From: Abditibacteriaceae bacterium
GTDB taxonomy: Bacteria > Armatimonadota > Abditibacteriia > Abditibacteriales > Abditibacteriaceae
Reading direction: 5' to 3'
Assembly: GCA_965277285.1 (NCBI GenBank)
Contig: OZ255721.1
Span: 960,001 to 1,024,000 of the forward strand
Length of the DNA: 64,000 bases
Part shown: positions 40,993-51,884 of the stretch, in pieces
Layout: each line of letters opens with the position of its first letter
Position numbering within the stretch: the stretch's first letter is position 1
Position numbers and translations under genes: made by a program
Notes under the pieces: model-generated
The model's database searches: none
What the model was told of the DNA's origin: nothing
What the model saw: the letters and a program-made list of their open reading frames with translations, nothing else

Positions 40993-41775
40993 TCAACGCG
41001 CCACGACGACCACATAAAACGGCGCATCCAAATCCATTATTTTGATTAGGTGAAAGCCGACGCTCTGGGCTTCGCGCTGCACGATTTCGCGCGCCAGGCG
41101 ATGATCGTCGGTTGCGGGATTGTTTTCTGGTTTCTCGCCCAGGTGACGTTCGATCAAGCCAGTTTTGGCGTAGGCTTGCTGCGCATCGCGTCGCAGTTCG
41201 GGATCGTCGCGCTCGATGAAGGCCAAACGTGCGCCAGGTTTCATCGCCGCGCGAATGTGGCGCAACATCGCCAAAGGTTTCTCGAACTCGTGATACGCGT
41301 TCAGAATTAGCACTGAATCAAGCGCGTGCGCAGGGAGATTTGTATTATCGGTTGTGCCTAAAATCGTGCGCACGTTGTGCAAACCTTCACGTTTGGCGCG
41401 CGCCGCAATAAAATTGGTGTATTGCGGCAAAATCTCTTCAGCGAACACGACGCCTCTTGGCGCAACACGACGCGCGGCGCGAATTGTGAACCAGCCGCCG
41501 CCCGCGCCAATATCGGCAACGCGCGAGCCATTTTTCATGCGCAATAAATCCATCACGGTTTGGATGTGCAGCGTCCGGTCGCGATTGGGATATTCAAACT
41601 CCAGCGGCGAACCCGTCCACGGCTCGGCTGTCGGGCGCGCCGTGCCATCGGACTTGATTTGCGCGTTTCGCGGGGCTTGGATTTGTGCTCGCAGCGGCAT
41701 CGAACGAAACGAAATAGTTGTCAAACCCAGCAAGAAAGTAGCGCCGGCAACAGCGAAAAAACGGTGCAATTTCAT
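40993..41775 (-). CDS. Class I SAM-dependent methyltransferase with signal peptide
   Basis: VADIGAGGG, YHEF, MKPGARL. Confidence 0.85.
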   Translation of the reverse strand: MKLHRFFAVAGATFLLGLTTISFRSMPLRAQIQAPRNAQIKSDGTARPTAEPWTGSPLEFEYPNRDRTLHIQTVMDLLRMKNGSRVADIGAGGGWFTIRAARRVAPRGVVFAEEILPQYTNFIAARAKREGLHNVRTILGTTDNTNLPAHALDSVLILNAYHEFEKPLAMLRHIRAAMKPGARLAFIERDDPELRRDAQQAYAKTGLIERHLGEKPENNPATDDHRLAREIVQREAQSVGFHLIKIMDLDAPFYVVVVAR

Positions 41776-42060
41776 CGAAAGTTTCTCCAACGTGAACTGC
41801 GTTTAACGGCGAATTCTAACGTCTGTGGTTCCCTCGCAAAACACAAAAGAAAAGCCGCACTTCAATGTCGAAGCGCGGCTTATCGAGTACTCGATTTGTT
41901 CCTTTGGTAAAGGTTCAAAGAAGTAAACAGCGAACCCGAAGCGTCAGCGAGGGAGAGTATGAATTACAAATTACTCGCTGTTTGTGAACATTGCGACGGT
42001 TGCGGGTGAGCAAGGGAGATTTGTAATTCATAATCTTCCTCGCTGACGCTTCGGGTTCGC

Positions 42061-42894
42061 CTATGGCGTTACGATTGGCTTATCCGCCGAAGGTTTAACA
42101 ATCAAATCCAGCGCGTTCGCGTTGCCAACTGCGAAAACAGTGTAGCGTTTTCCGGCTTCGACTTTCGCGCTGGCTTCGGTGATGACTTTGCCATCGGCGC
42201 GAATTTGCAACTTCACGTCACCAGGCACAACGGTTTTTGCGCGCGCCGTTCCCGCAGGAATAGCTTTGAGGAAACTGGCAAATCCTGTTGTCTTGTTGCG
42301 TGCGGAAGGCGTCGTTACATCAATGGCGGATGTTTGCGCCAGATGCACGACATAAACGCGCGCCTTGCCTTCGACTTCTTTGCCTGTCGCTTCATTGACG
42401 CGCAACAACAGCGGTTTTTCCGGCGTGCCATACGCCGCGACGGTGTAAAACTTGTCCTTAACGTGCGTCAGATCGGATGTCAAAAGCGCTGTCGTTTCGC
42501 CACTTTTCGTCACTTTCAGGTTGTGCTTGCCCGTCGGAATCGCCAGGTACTCGCTCACGCTTTTGTAAGCGACATTCGACAACATTTTTTTGCCGTCCAC
42601 ATAAACATCAACAGAGGGACCGCCTGCAATGGCGTGAATAACGCGCGTGTAAGACGTTCCTTTGACGCGCGTTACTTCTTTAGTCGCTGTTCCAGCAGCA
42701 GTCGTCGCGCCCGACGCTTCGTAGGTGCGAACCTTCTTCGCGCGCGTCGCCTTCTTCGGCGTTGCTGTTGGCGTACTCGCCGTTGGCGTATTCGCAGCGG
42801 TATTTTCCTGTGCGCGGACGGCGTTCGTTCCTGTTCCTGACGCGATGGCGAAAGCGGCCACAGCCCAAATCGTTCGGCTTGCGTTGCGTTTCAT
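42061..42894 (-). CDS. Secreted DUF4397-like protein
   Basis: Signal peptide; RVIHAIAGGPSVDVYVDG and a second VVH repeat. Confidence 0.8.
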   Translation of the reverse strand: MKRNASRTIWAVAAFAIASGTGTNAVRAQENTAANTPTASTPTATPKKATRAKKVRTYEASGATTAAGTATKEVTRVKGTSYTRVIHAIAGGPSVDVYVDGKKMLSNVAYKSVSEYLAIPTGKHNLKVTKSGETTALLTSDLTHVKDKFYTVAAYGTPEKPLLLRVNEATGKEVEGKARVYVVHLAQTSAIDVTTPSARNKTTGFASFLKAIPAGTARAKTVVPGDVKLQIRADGKVITEASAKVEAGKRYTVFAVGNANALDLIVKPSADKPIVTP

Positions 42895-42975
42895 AAATGA
42901 AACTCCTTGTGAAAAGTTGCGGCGCGCATGAACAAAGCCGCCAACACTTCACAAGAGCATATCATTAGAGAAGAA

Positions 42976-43581
42976 TTATTTCCAGCCGAAACGGTTCATC
43001 AAATCTTCCAAATCCGACGATTTGCGTGCGTTTCGAGTACTCGATTTGTCACCAAAACCGTTCAACGTCGAAGCGCGTTCGTCGGGCGCGACTTTCTCAA
43101 AAGGTTTCACTGCCGCACGCAAATCCAATTCTTGGTCGCACTCGATGCGGTCGCAAAAGAGCGAGGTGCGCGCTTCAAATTCCCAATTCGTGACGACTTG
43201 AACCGTCAGTTCCAAGCGCGGATTTTCTTTATCAACACGCTTGAGCAAACGGATTTCGACGACGCGATTATCGTTGACGCGAAGCCCTGCGCAAACTGCG
43301 TCCTGCGCGATTTTCAAACCGCCGTCCAAATCGCGGCGATGCGGCGATTCAAAGAAAAACTCGCCATACAGAGCGATATAACCGCTTTGCGCGTGATCTA
43401 AAATATCGTCAGGAAGCCGCCCGTTCACGAGCAGCGTGTGAAACGCTTTAGCAATCGAATGCTTCCAGTGTTTGGCCTCCGACGACAAAACGCGCCGCGA
43501 TATGCCGCCAACATCCGCATCACGATATAGGTTATTTACGCTTGGCGGCAATGGCAAAAGAAAGCGGATTCGAGTACTCAT
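42976..43581 (-). CDS. RusA-family Holliday junction resolvase-like protein
   Basis: LPPSVNNLY, RRDLDGGLK..QDA, VNDNRV. Confidence 0.8.
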   Translation of the reverse strand: MSTRIRFLLPLPPSVNNLYRDADVGGISRRVLSSEAKHWKHSIAKAFHTLLVNGRLPDDILDHAQSGYIALYGEFFFESPHRRDLDGGLKIAQDAVCAGLRVNDNRVVEIRLLKRVDKENPRLELTVQVVTNWEFEARTSLFCDRIECDQELDLRAAVKPFEKVAPDERASTLNGFGDKSSTRNARKSSDLEDLMNRFGWK

Positions 43582-43601
43582 TTGGCTTACACGAAGTAAA
43601 T

Positions 43602-44546
43602 TTAAGCGCCGAATTTTTCCTGCAGCGTTTCGAGTTCCGCTTCACTGATGCGCAGCACGCTGGCATGACGCGCGTCGAGCGGGAATTGAACCTTCTGTTC
43701 TTCCCAGTTTTGAAGGTCGCGTGAAAAGAGCGCTTCATAACGATTTTCCATGCAGCGATCATAAATCAACATCCAGCCTTGCCGCTCTTCCAGCCAAAAC
43801 GCGAACGGCCCTTCCGAAAGCTGTGGCGTAATCGCTTCGGTTACGACTTCATAAGGGCCGTCCAAGTGCGGCGCCGTCGCAATTTGGATGAAGCGATGTT
43901 CGCCGTGCAAATAGCCAAAACGCTCGTCTTTGACAAACATTTGAAACGTCCCGTCATGTTGCACAATCGAAGCGTCGATAACTGTATAACCTGGATCGAG
44001 CAGCACGCGCGGTTCGGACAACGATTGAAAATCTCGTGTGCGCGCGCACCAAATACGCGAATCGTCCCAACCTTCTTTGCCATGCGAAGACGACCAATAA
44101 ACCAGGTAATCGCCGCGCGCGGCATCGAAAACAAACTCGGGCGCCCACACATTTCGAGCACCTTCCACATTATCCATCCCGGACAGAAAACGCACATCTT
44201 CCCACGAAATAAGGTCGCGCGAACGAGCGTACAACATCTTTGTCGAGCCGCCATTCCCCGTACCGACGAGACGAAACCAGCCATCCGCCCCGCGCGCCAC
44301 AAACGGGTCGCGCACAAACTGTTCAGGCCACACCGATTTGTTGTCGTTGAGCGGCGTCCAGTGGAAAGCATCACGGCTCCAAGCCAGATGCAGCGTTTCT
44401 TCGCGCACTTTGACATCGGTCAGCGGCACCACAACGATGCCTTCAGGCGTTTGCTCGACGCGCCCATCATAAACCTGGCGAAAATAAGCCAGCAGCCCGA
44501 TCGGACGCTCGGCAGTTGTTTCAAAATCGTGGACGTTTGCAGTCAT
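43602..44546 (-). CDS. GH43-like five-bladed propeller glycoside hydrolase
   Basis: RDPF, WAPE, IDAS, KDE, EGP motifs. Confidence 0.85.
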   Translation of the reverse strand: MTANVHDFETTAERPIGLLAYFRQVYDGRVEQTPEGIVVVPLTDVKVREETLHLAWSRDAFHWTPLNDNKSVWPEQFVRDPFVARGADGWFRLVGTGNGGSTKMLYARSRDLISWEDVRFLSGMDNVEGARNVWAPEFVFDAARGDYLVYWSSSHGKEGWDDSRIWCARTRDFQSLSEPRVLLDPGYTVIDASIVQHDGTFQMFVKDERFGYLHGEHRFIQIATAPHLDGPYEVVTEAITPQLSEGPFAFWLEERQGWMLIYDRCMENRYEALFSRDLQNWEEQKVQFPLDARHASVLRISEAELETLQEKFGA

Positions 44547-44680
44547 AGAAACCTGTTTCAATTGGAATGTCGCGCAGTTTGCCGCAATTCGAGAACGTCT
44601 AACAATCTTTTGAACCACAGATGAAAACAGAGAGTTTTAGATGGGAATCGAGTACTCGATTTGAGGAGCAAAGCTACAAT

Positions 44681-45175
44681 TCAGCACATACAAATGACCA
44701 AACCTTGATTGGTTTTGTGCGCTTCGGCGACGAACTTTTTCAGCGTCTCGAAGTAAGTAACCAAATAACCCAAAGTGTCATCTTCTGTGGGATCACGTTT
44801 CCAGATCGTCGGATAAATCTTTTCCCGCGTCATCTTCACTGGATCAAACCGCTGACGAAAATCTGCTATAGAGATAACGGAGAGTTGCGCATCAATCTTT
44901 GCAACCTGATTAGAACGCAATGCGCTAGCTGGGCCATAACCGACATCTTCGGTTCCAATCGGTTCGCCACCCAACAAGAAGTTAAGCGGTTCTTCACCTT
45001 CCCAAGCCAAACCAGTCAGCAGAAAATGGATTCCATGCCAGGCTTTGTCTAAATCTGTTGAGTGGTCGGAATCTTCGTCAGTTGATTCCAAAAACTCGAT
45101 GACTTTTTCTGGTGTTTCCAGAAGCTCACTAATCTGACTTTCGGATACTCGTCGCAATTCGCAAATCATGCTCAT
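44681..45175 (-). CDS. YfbM / DUF1877 family protein
   Basis: DLDKAWHGIHFLLTG, GYGPA, IYPTIW. Confidence 0.85.
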   Translation of the reverse strand: MSMICELRRVSESQISELLETPEKVIEFLESTDEDSDHSTDLDKAWHGIHFLLTGLAWEGEEPLNFLLGGEPIGTEDVGYGPASALRSNQVAKIDAQLSVISIADFRQRFDPVKMTREKIYPTIWKRDPTEDDTLGYLVTYFETLKKFVAEAHKTNQGLVICMC

Positions 45176-45185
45176 ACTATTCTCC

Positions 45186-46826
45186 TCACTCCCCAAACAA
45201 ACTTTCCGGTTTGCGACCGTTGCCGTTCTTACCGTTGCCATTGCCGTTTTGATGCGGCATTTGCACCAGATTATTCGCCTTGAAGAAGAACTGCGTTTCG
45301 CCCGCCGTGCGTATTCCTGGCAGAGCTTTTACCTTGATAATAATCGGATATTGGCGCGTCACGTTGCCCATAATGAGTGCGTGATGGCGGCGCAATTTTT
45401 TGACGAAAGCCGACATCGTTTCCTGATCGGTCATCGCGCTTTTGCCGATGTGCCGCACGTCGTCATCAAAAGGCAAATGCGCCAGAAAGAGATTATCGGT
45501 TTGGCGCAAAACGGTTTCATCTAAGCCGCCGACCATGTTGGTGATGAAGAAGCACGTAATCCCCAGATGCCGCGAGCGCGTCACGACATCGGTCACGGTG
45601 TTTTTCGAGACGTAAAGGTGCGCTTCTTCAAACAGCACAAAGGGAAAACGCCCGCGACCCGTTTTGATTTCGTCCTCGCACATCTCTTTGATCAAATCGA
45701 GAATCGCCTGCGCGAAACCATAACGCGCCAGAGGACTAAGCGCCGAAACGTCAATCACCAGTGCGCCGCCTTCGCGCACTTTCGAGTACTCGACTTTGAG
45801 GTTGACGGCATCTTCCAACAGGCTGGCGAAGATTCCCGTATTGCGAACCGCTTCCAGGCGCGAACGAATCGCCGCGTTGGACACTTCATTGGTCGCAATC
45901 TCGTTGTTTTCCGCCATTTCGATTAAGTGATCCAGCGTCAGAAACGGCGCTTTACGGCCATTTTCAGCCAGCATCTTCATCTGGTCGAACAAACCGAACA
46001 AGCGGTTTTCCAGGTGCATCGCCGACACATCAGGCAAGCCATATTTCGACAGCATCGTGATCAAAGGCTGAATTCCGAACTGCTGCAATCCCAGTTTCAG
46101 GTTTTGTCCGGCTTTCAGATGAACGATGCCGCGTTGCAAAACCGCGCCATCGGAATCAACTTCGTGGCGCGGCAGATGAATATATTCTTTGTTGATGTCG
46201 AAGACGATGCACGGCGCGCCGCGCTTGATCAATTCGACTAAAATCACTTTCGATAGGTGACTTTTGCCCGAACCTTTGACGCCCGTCACGATGTTGATTT
46301 TCTCCAGACCTTGACCTTCCACGAAAAACGGTTCGCCGCGCAGCGTTTCACCCAATTCCAGCGGATTGCCCAGATTCTGCACGCAGTTGGCGAACAGTTC
46401 GCGGTCGCGCGTGCGCGTCACTTCCACGTCGCGGTGCGGAATCCAGCCGTCCCATTGATCCCATTTCGCGCGCTGCCCGCGCCCAACAACCAACTGGCGA
46501 ATCTTGGCGATAGCAATTTTCAGGTTGCGCGACGGGCTCAAATCCATGCCCGGCAAATGCAGGTTTTCCTGCGTGCTATGAATGATTTCCATGGCGCGCT
46601 CGACACCGTCGCCCGCATCGACGTGATCCAAAACCAGGCGCAATTGTTCCTGCACCAAAGCTGGATACGTCACCATGCGGAACTCGATGACCTGACAAAT
46701 CAAGCCTTGCGCCGCGCCGTCGCGCTCTTGCACGCATAAGGTTTCGCCGACGCGCAAGTTGTCCTCGCGCGGGTCGAAAATCAGCTCCATGATGTCGCCG
46801 CGAACTTGATAAACCTCGATGCTCAT
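45186..46826 (-). CDS. HerA/FtsK-like ATPase (DUF87-type)
   Basis: N-terminal barrel-like domain, GVKGSGKS, FDINKEY, FEEAH, TRSRHLG. Confidence 0.82.
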   Translation of the reverse strand: MSIEVYQVRGDIMELIFDPREDNLRVGETLCVQERDGAAQGLICQVIEFRMVTYPALVQEQLRLVLDHVDAGDGVERAMEIIHSTQENLHLPGMDLSPSRNLKIAIAKIRQLVVGRGQRAKWDQWDGWIPHRDVEVTRTRDRELFANCVQNLGNPLELGETLRGEPFFVEGQGLEKINIVTGVKGSGKSHLSKVILVELIKRGAPCIVFDINKEYIHLPRHEVDSDGAVLQRGIVHLKAGQNLKLGLQQFGIQPLITMLSKYGLPDVSAMHLENRLFGLFDQMKMLAENGRKAPFLTLDHLIEMAENNEIATNEVSNAAIRSRLEAVRNTGIFASLLEDAVNLKVEYSKVREGGALVIDVSALSPLARYGFAQAILDLIKEMCEDEIKTGRGRFPFVLFEEAHLYVSKNTVTDVVTRSRHLGITCFFITNMVGGLDETVLRQTDNLFLAHLPFDDDVRHIGKSAMTDQETMSAFVKKLRRHHALIMGNVTRQYPIIIKVKALPGIRTAGETQFFFKANNLVQMPHQNGNGNGKNGNGRKPESLFGE

Positions 46827-46897
46827 AATGGTGATTGGGGCAATTGTTGATGCGATTGTACGGGCGAGGCATGCCTCGCCCGTACGTATTCAATTGT

Positions 46898-47848
46898 CTA
46901 CATCGGCAAATCTTGATAAGGTTTGTGCTTTGTTTTCAAGCGAAAAAGTTCAATTTGCTGTTGAATGTCGAACTTGGTTTGCGTCTTCAAAATCGCGTCG
47001 CGGTACAGCACGCGATTCGCCACAACATCCAACTGGAAAAACCACATGAGCGTCATCAAGGCGTTGATGAACAAGCGCGAACTTTGCGTGCGGTGCGTCG
47101 CGTGATGATCGCCGAAGTGTCCATCAATCGCTGCTAAAATCGAACTCGAAACGATGCTTGGATGATGCGGCATTTTGCGAAAAACCTGTTCCGCCGCACT
47201 TTTGAATAGGGCGACTTCCGGCATTTCCCTGGTCAAACTCCACATTCCCAGAAAACCGTTTTGCCGCGTGATTTCGCCGACCGCTTCCAAAAACTGCGCG
47301 TGACAAACACCATGAAACGCATCCACGCCAAAGCCGATGCAGCACAACAATTTGCGCGGAATATCGAGTTGATTGACCGCGAGAATGCTTGCCATATCTT
47401 CGACCGGCGTTCCCAAACCCGCTTCATCGCCGCGCATCAAACTGTCGGTTCCGCCATCCACCAAAATGATCGTGTCCAGATGAAGGTGCAAGTTCAACAC
47501 TTCATACGCTTCGAGAATCGGCTGCACGCCGGAAAGTTCAAACGCATAAATCGGCACTTCTTCGCCGCGTCCGCGAAACCAGCGCGACAAGTGCAACTCG
47601 GGAAAATAACGCTCGTTACCCAACGTGTCGGCATCAATTTTCACCAACTGTGGATGCAGCTTGCGTCCCGTCGATCCAATCACATCGGCGAAAGTCAGGT
47701 TCGCCAGATGCACGTTTTTGCCCGCGTTTTTCAAGGCGAAGTAAAGTGGCAAGCCCGCAAACACATCGAAGCCGCCGCCCGCTCCAGCAACTAAAACATT
47801 TTGTGCCGCTTCCAATTCGTCGAAAATCGCTGGCCGTAGAAAATCCAT
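46898..47848 (-). CDS. DUF1152-like protein
   Basis: AGAGGGFDV, LVDGGTDSLMRGDEAGLGTP.ED. Confidence 0.8.
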   Translation of the reverse strand: MDFLRPAIFDELEAAQNVLVAGAGGGFDVFAGLPLYFALKNAGKNVHLANLTFADVIGSTGRKLHPQLVKIDADTLGNERYFPELHLSRWFRGRGEEVPIYAFELSGVQPILEAYEVLNLHLHLDTIILVDGGTDSLMRGDEAGLGTPVEDMASILAVNQLDIPRKLLCCIGFGVDAFHGVCHAQFLEAVGEITRQNGFLGMWSLTREMPEVALFKSAAEQVFRKMPHHPSIVSSSILAAIDGHFGDHHATHRTQSSRLFINALMTLMWFFQLDVVANRVLYRDAILKTQTKFDIQQQIELFRLKTKHKPYQDLPM

Positions 47849-48070
47849 GATTGCCTTCCCAGCCGCAAAATCGAGTACTCGAAAGTCTTCTTTACTAAGA
47901 GTGTGTAGAGAAAGCAGAGGAAAACCGTCAAACTGGAAGTTTGTCATTCTGAGCGCAGCGAAGAATCTGGCATACAAGAAAGATTTTTCGCTGCGCTCAG
48001 AATGACAAACTCTTACTTCAAAAAGCTTTTTAGACCTTTCAAGTCTCAGCGGCTGCGGCCAGTTTATCGT

Positions 48071-48394
48071 TCACAGCAAATGCAATTCGGCGTCATCTAA
48101 ACAGTTTTGCTGCTGAAAACGACGCTGTCCGCGAAGGTTGCGCTGCGCCAGCGACTTTTCTTGAAGTGTCGCGTGAAGTGAGTGAAAGCGTTGCGCAGTC
48201 TGGTTCCAGCCGTTGACGAACCAGCAATACGGCCATTCCGCCCATTCGGAAACGTTCGCCTCAGATTGAGTACTCGATTCTTCGACTTCTTCGTATTGCG
48301 ACAGGCGCGACTTCAATTCGTCAATTTGCAGTTGCAATACTTCGTTTTCGTCCAGCAATTCAGCCAGTTGCACGGCGTGTTCGCGTTGAGACAT
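48071..48394 (-). CDS. Hypothetical coiled-coil protein
   Basis: GAGGA RBS; heptad-like N-terminus. Confidence 0.55.
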   Translation of the reverse strand: MSQREHAVQLAELLDENEVLQLQIDELKSRLSQYEEVEESSTQSEANVSEWAEWPYCWFVNGWNQTAQRFHSLHATLQEKSLAQRNLRGQRRFQQQNCLDDAELHLL

Positions 48395-48480
48395 AGGTTT
48401 TTCCTCGTTGAATGATTCGCGTTCAGGTCACGCGGCATTGAAACGGCATATTCAGTTTTTAACGTCAACAAAACAACGGT

Positions 48481-49116
48481 TTATACAACAGCGGAATAGC
48501 AATACTGGCGTCCGCCTTCGGGAACGACAGTCGCTTCGCGGCGCACCAAATGCATTTGATACAAGCGCGCGATGCGGTTATTGCAGGCGGTCGCGGAATC
48601 CAGCTTCAAGGCTTCTGACAGGTCGCGCACGGTGACGCAGCCTTTGTCCATTACAGCGCGCAAAGTGTCGACAAGATGCGTCGGCAGATCGCCCAAAATG
48701 CGCCATTTTCCCGCCACAGCGCTGATATTTGGAGCTTTCTTGGTTTTGTTCATCGTGTTCTGCGGCAACACCAGAGCAGCGACTTCACGCCTGTTCAAAG
48801 CGACCTCGACGTTTTCCAGCAAGGCATCGCTCAGTTCGTCGCCTTTGGTTTCGATGACAAGGTGACGATCAGGATATTCTTTGGCGGCCATGCGCGACAA
48901 AATCGTTCCCAGTGCTTCGTCGGCGAACGAGTAATCCATCATCTCGACGCCTTCAAAATCGACCACCAAAACGCCGCCCATCGGCAAAGCACGCAGGCGC
49001 GCATCCAATTTTTCCTGCACGCTGCGACCCAGAGGACGCATCGCCAAATGTTTGCCGAACTCGCCCAGCGATTGCGTCTCCACTGTGCGGCTTTCTTTTT
49101 CTTGCAATTCGTTCAT
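48481..49116 (-). CDS. STAS-like domain plus winged-HTH protein
   Basis: VDFEGVEMMDYSFADE (STAS-like); C-terminal VTVRDLSEAL...NNRIARL...GGRQY wHTH; GAGGA RBS. Confidence 0.7.
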   Translation of the reverse strand: MNELQEKESRTVETQSLGEFGKHLAMRPLGRSVQEKLDARLRALPMGGVLVVDFEGVEMMDYSFADEALGTILSRMAAKEYPDRHLVIETKGDELSDALLENVEVALNRREVAALVLPQNTMNKTKKAPNISAVAGKWRILGDLPTHLVDTLRAVMDKGCVTVRDLSEALKLDSATACNNRIARLYQMHLVRREATVVPEGGRQYCYSAVV

Positions 49117-49423
49117 GGTTTTCCTCCTTATTTTTCAATTCAATTTGATTTTCATTCATCATTTCACTGACATGAGTGAACCCAACAAAGCAATTATGCG
49201 CAGTGTGGCGCGTTTTGTCAAGGTGAAACGAGGTTAAAAGCGAATAACGAGGTTAGAAGCGAATATCGAGTACTCGATGAAGAAACTCGGGCTGAGTGTG
49301 TAGAAAGTTTCGAGAACAACTTGCAGCGGCACTACGTTTGCATAAGTTTTTGTGCCGTTTTGCGGAACACTTCGTGCATGAAATCCCGCAACGGCAATAA
49401 CAATTTGTTTTTAGGAGACAATC

Positions 49424-50023
49424 GTGCCACGTTTAGAAGGAGAAAGGACGAACACGTCCAAATACGTCGCAGGCGTGCTGGTTTTGGCGCTTCTGGCAGC
49501 TGCCGCCTGGTATTTTCTGAAAGGAAATGCTACGCCACCCGCTGACGAAAATAATGGTACGGCGGCGCCCGTCAGCCATGTGTCAAATAGCGCTTCCAAT
49601 AGCGCATCGAACAGCACCGATAATTCGGCGGCCAGCAACAGCGTTTCTAACAGCACCGATAACAGCGCCAGCAATGACGCTTCGAATTCCGCTGCAAATA
49701 GCGCAACGGACGACGCAACAAGTAATGCCGCCAGTAATGCGTCCGATAGCACTGGAAACGCTGCCAGTGGAACAGGAAACGACGTTTCTAATAGCGCTTC
49801 GAACGAGACAGCGAATAGTTCGGTGAGCAACTCGACAATTAATGCGGCTTCGTCCGTTCCTACGCCGAATCTTTCGGGTGCGCCAACCACGAGCAATGCT
49901 GCCAACAATAGCGGCGGTAAAGCGGTGACGCGCAGCAAAACGGTCAAGACGAAGAACGGCGTTTCGACTTATACCAAAACGACCAAAGAAAACGCCGGTG
50001 CCGCGTCATCGAGTACTCAATAA
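49424..50023 (+). CDS. Membrane-anchored Ser/Asn/Ala-rich low-complexity protein
   Basis: AGGAG RBS, one TM helix, SNSA repeats. Confidence 0.7.
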   Translation: MPRLEGERTNTSKYVAGVLVLALLAAAAWYFLKGNATPPADENNGTAAPVSHVSNSASNSASNSTDNSAASNSVSNSTDNSASNDASNSAANSATDDATSNAASNASDSTGNAASGTGNDVSNSASNETANSSVSNSTINAASSVPTPNLSGAPTTSNAANNSGGKAVTRSKTVKTKNGVSTYTKTTKENAGAASSSTQ

Positions 50024-50079
50024 CGCGTCGTTGACCAAAACACGTTGTTCAACAAAAACAAAACCACGAGGTTTCAGAT

Positions 50080-51861
50080 ATGCGCAAGGGAAAGAGCATT
50101 TTAGGTTTGCCGGTTACGAGCCAGTCCGATGGCGTCGAACTGGGCAAGGTCAAAGACTTGATTTTCGACCACAATACGGATGAAGTCGTTGGACTTTTGA
50201 TTTCCGACAAAGAACTGTTTGGCTTGATCGACGCTCAAGTTGTGCCGTGGAATCAGGTGCGCGCCATTGGTTCGCAAGCCGTCATGGTCGAAAGCGCGGC
50301 GTCGAAGATTAAAGCCGGCGACGACGCGCGCATCAGCGGCATTTTGGATCGCAATACGGCGCTGTCGGGCACACAGATTCGCACCACGCAAGGCGAAAAT
50401 CTGGGTTCGTTCGCCGATTTGTATTTAGATGAAAATACAGGTCGCGTGCTGGGTTACGAAGTTTCGGGCGGCTTTTATTCGGACACCATGAGCGGCAAGC
50501 ATTATTTGCCCGCCGATTCCGATATTTTAATGGGTCAGGATGTGGCGCTGGTGCCGCAAGAAGTCGCGGACGAACTCGAAGCGAAAAAGCAGGCCGAACC
50601 CGGCGGTCTCAAAGGCGCCATTGCGACGGCTTCAGATAAGGTTTCCGACAGTTACAGCAACCTTGCGACGGCATCGGTTGAAAAACAGAAAGAGTTCATC
50701 GTAGGCAAAGTCGCCAGCCGCGATGTGTTTTTGCCGAACAATGCAACAAGTGTTTTGCCATCGTCGGAAAGCGGTTTGCCCGCCCCGACAACACATAACG
50801 CTTTGCCGGAAAGCGCGACCGAAGGTTTGGGACTGAGCGAAATGGGCGTTGCAACCGACGACTTGACGCTCAACCGCACGCCGTTAGAAGCCAGTGTTCC
50901 GTCTGAAAGCATTGTAACGCCAGGTATCGTTCCGACAACGACAACTGACAGTGGTTTGGTTGCTAAGCCGATTGACGAAAATACCACCGTTTACAGCTTG
51001 CCCAGATCGGAAGTGGTCACAACTTCGACATCGAGTACTGGAATTGCGATTCCAACAACTGGTTCCGAATTGGCGACGACTTCCACGTCGCAAAACGGCG
51101 CGATTCTGGTGCATCAAGGCGAAACGATCACGCGCGACCATGCGGATCGCGCTGAGAACGCCGGAATTTTGCATCAGCTTTTGTTGGCGGCGGGCGGAAC
51201 GGTTGCTGGCGGCGTTTTGGATGCTGGAAAAGCGCAGCTTGCTGGAGTTCAAGGAAACGCGGAAGAAAACGTTATCGGCAAAGTCGCGGGAACCGAAGTG
51301 ACGGCGGACGATGGTTCGACTATTGTAGCGCCCGGCATGATTATCACGCCGGAAATCATGGCTCACGCGCGCGCCGTTGGGCTTGAAAAGGCCGTTATCG
51401 CGGCGGCAGGTGTGGGAACCGTATCACAGCACACAGACGTAGTAAAGGCGCACGCGGCGAACTTGTGGGATACCATCAAAGGCAAGGCAACTGAAATGAC
51501 GGACGCAGCACAAGCCAAGAAGGCCGACATGGATGCGCAAGCCGAACAAAGGCACATCAACGACGCGCTGGGCCGCCCGACAACGCGCGTCATTCTCGAC
51601 CCGAACGATCACGTTATTCTCAATACGGGCGATTTGATCACGCACGCCGCGATTGATCGTGCGCGCGCCGCCGGCGCTCTGGAAGTGTTGCTCAGTTCGG
51701 TTTACACAGCCGACCCTGAAATCACGCCGGAAATGCTGCGCGCTCGTGAACCCGGCGAAGCTGCTTTGCCGTCGCAAGCCGTGCCGAGCGGTGGCCCAAT
51801 TACCGCGACCGTCGCACCCGAAGCCGCACAAGACCAACCTGCACAAGGCGCGACATCATAA
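50080..51861 (+). CDS. PRC-barrel domain protein
   Basis: Two PRC-barrel motifs (GVELGKVKDLIFD; GENLGSFADLYLD...GYEVSGG). Confidence 0.85.
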   Translation: MRKGKSILGLPVTSQSDGVELGKVKDLIFDHNTDEVVGLLISDKELFGLIDAQVVPWNQVRAIGSQAVMVESAASKIKAGDDARISGILDRNTALSGTQIRTTQGENLGSFADLYLDENTGRVLGYEVSGGFYSDTMSGKHYLPADSDILMGQDVALVPQEVADELEAKKQAEPGGLKGAIATASDKVSDSYSNLATASVEKQKEFIVGKVASRDVFLPNNATSVLPSSESGLPAPTTHNALPESATEGLGLSEMGVATDDLTLNRTPLEASVPSESIVTPGIVPTTTTDSGLVAKPIDENTTVYSLPRSEVVTTSTSSTGIAIPTTGSELATTSTSQNGAILVHQGETITRDHADRAENAGILHQLLLAAGGTVAGGVLDAGKAQLAGVQGNAEENVIGKVAGTEVTADDGSTIVAPGMIITPEIMAHARAVGLEKAVIAAAGVGTVSQHTDVVKAHAANLWDTIKGKATEMTDAAQAKKADMDAQAEQRHINDALGRPTTRVILDPNDHVILNTGDLITHAAIDRARAAGALEVLLSSVYTADPEITPEMLRAREPGEAALPSQAVPSGGPITATVAPEAAQDQPAQGATS

Positions 51862-51884
51862 ATCTTGAAGACGAGGAAGAAGCC

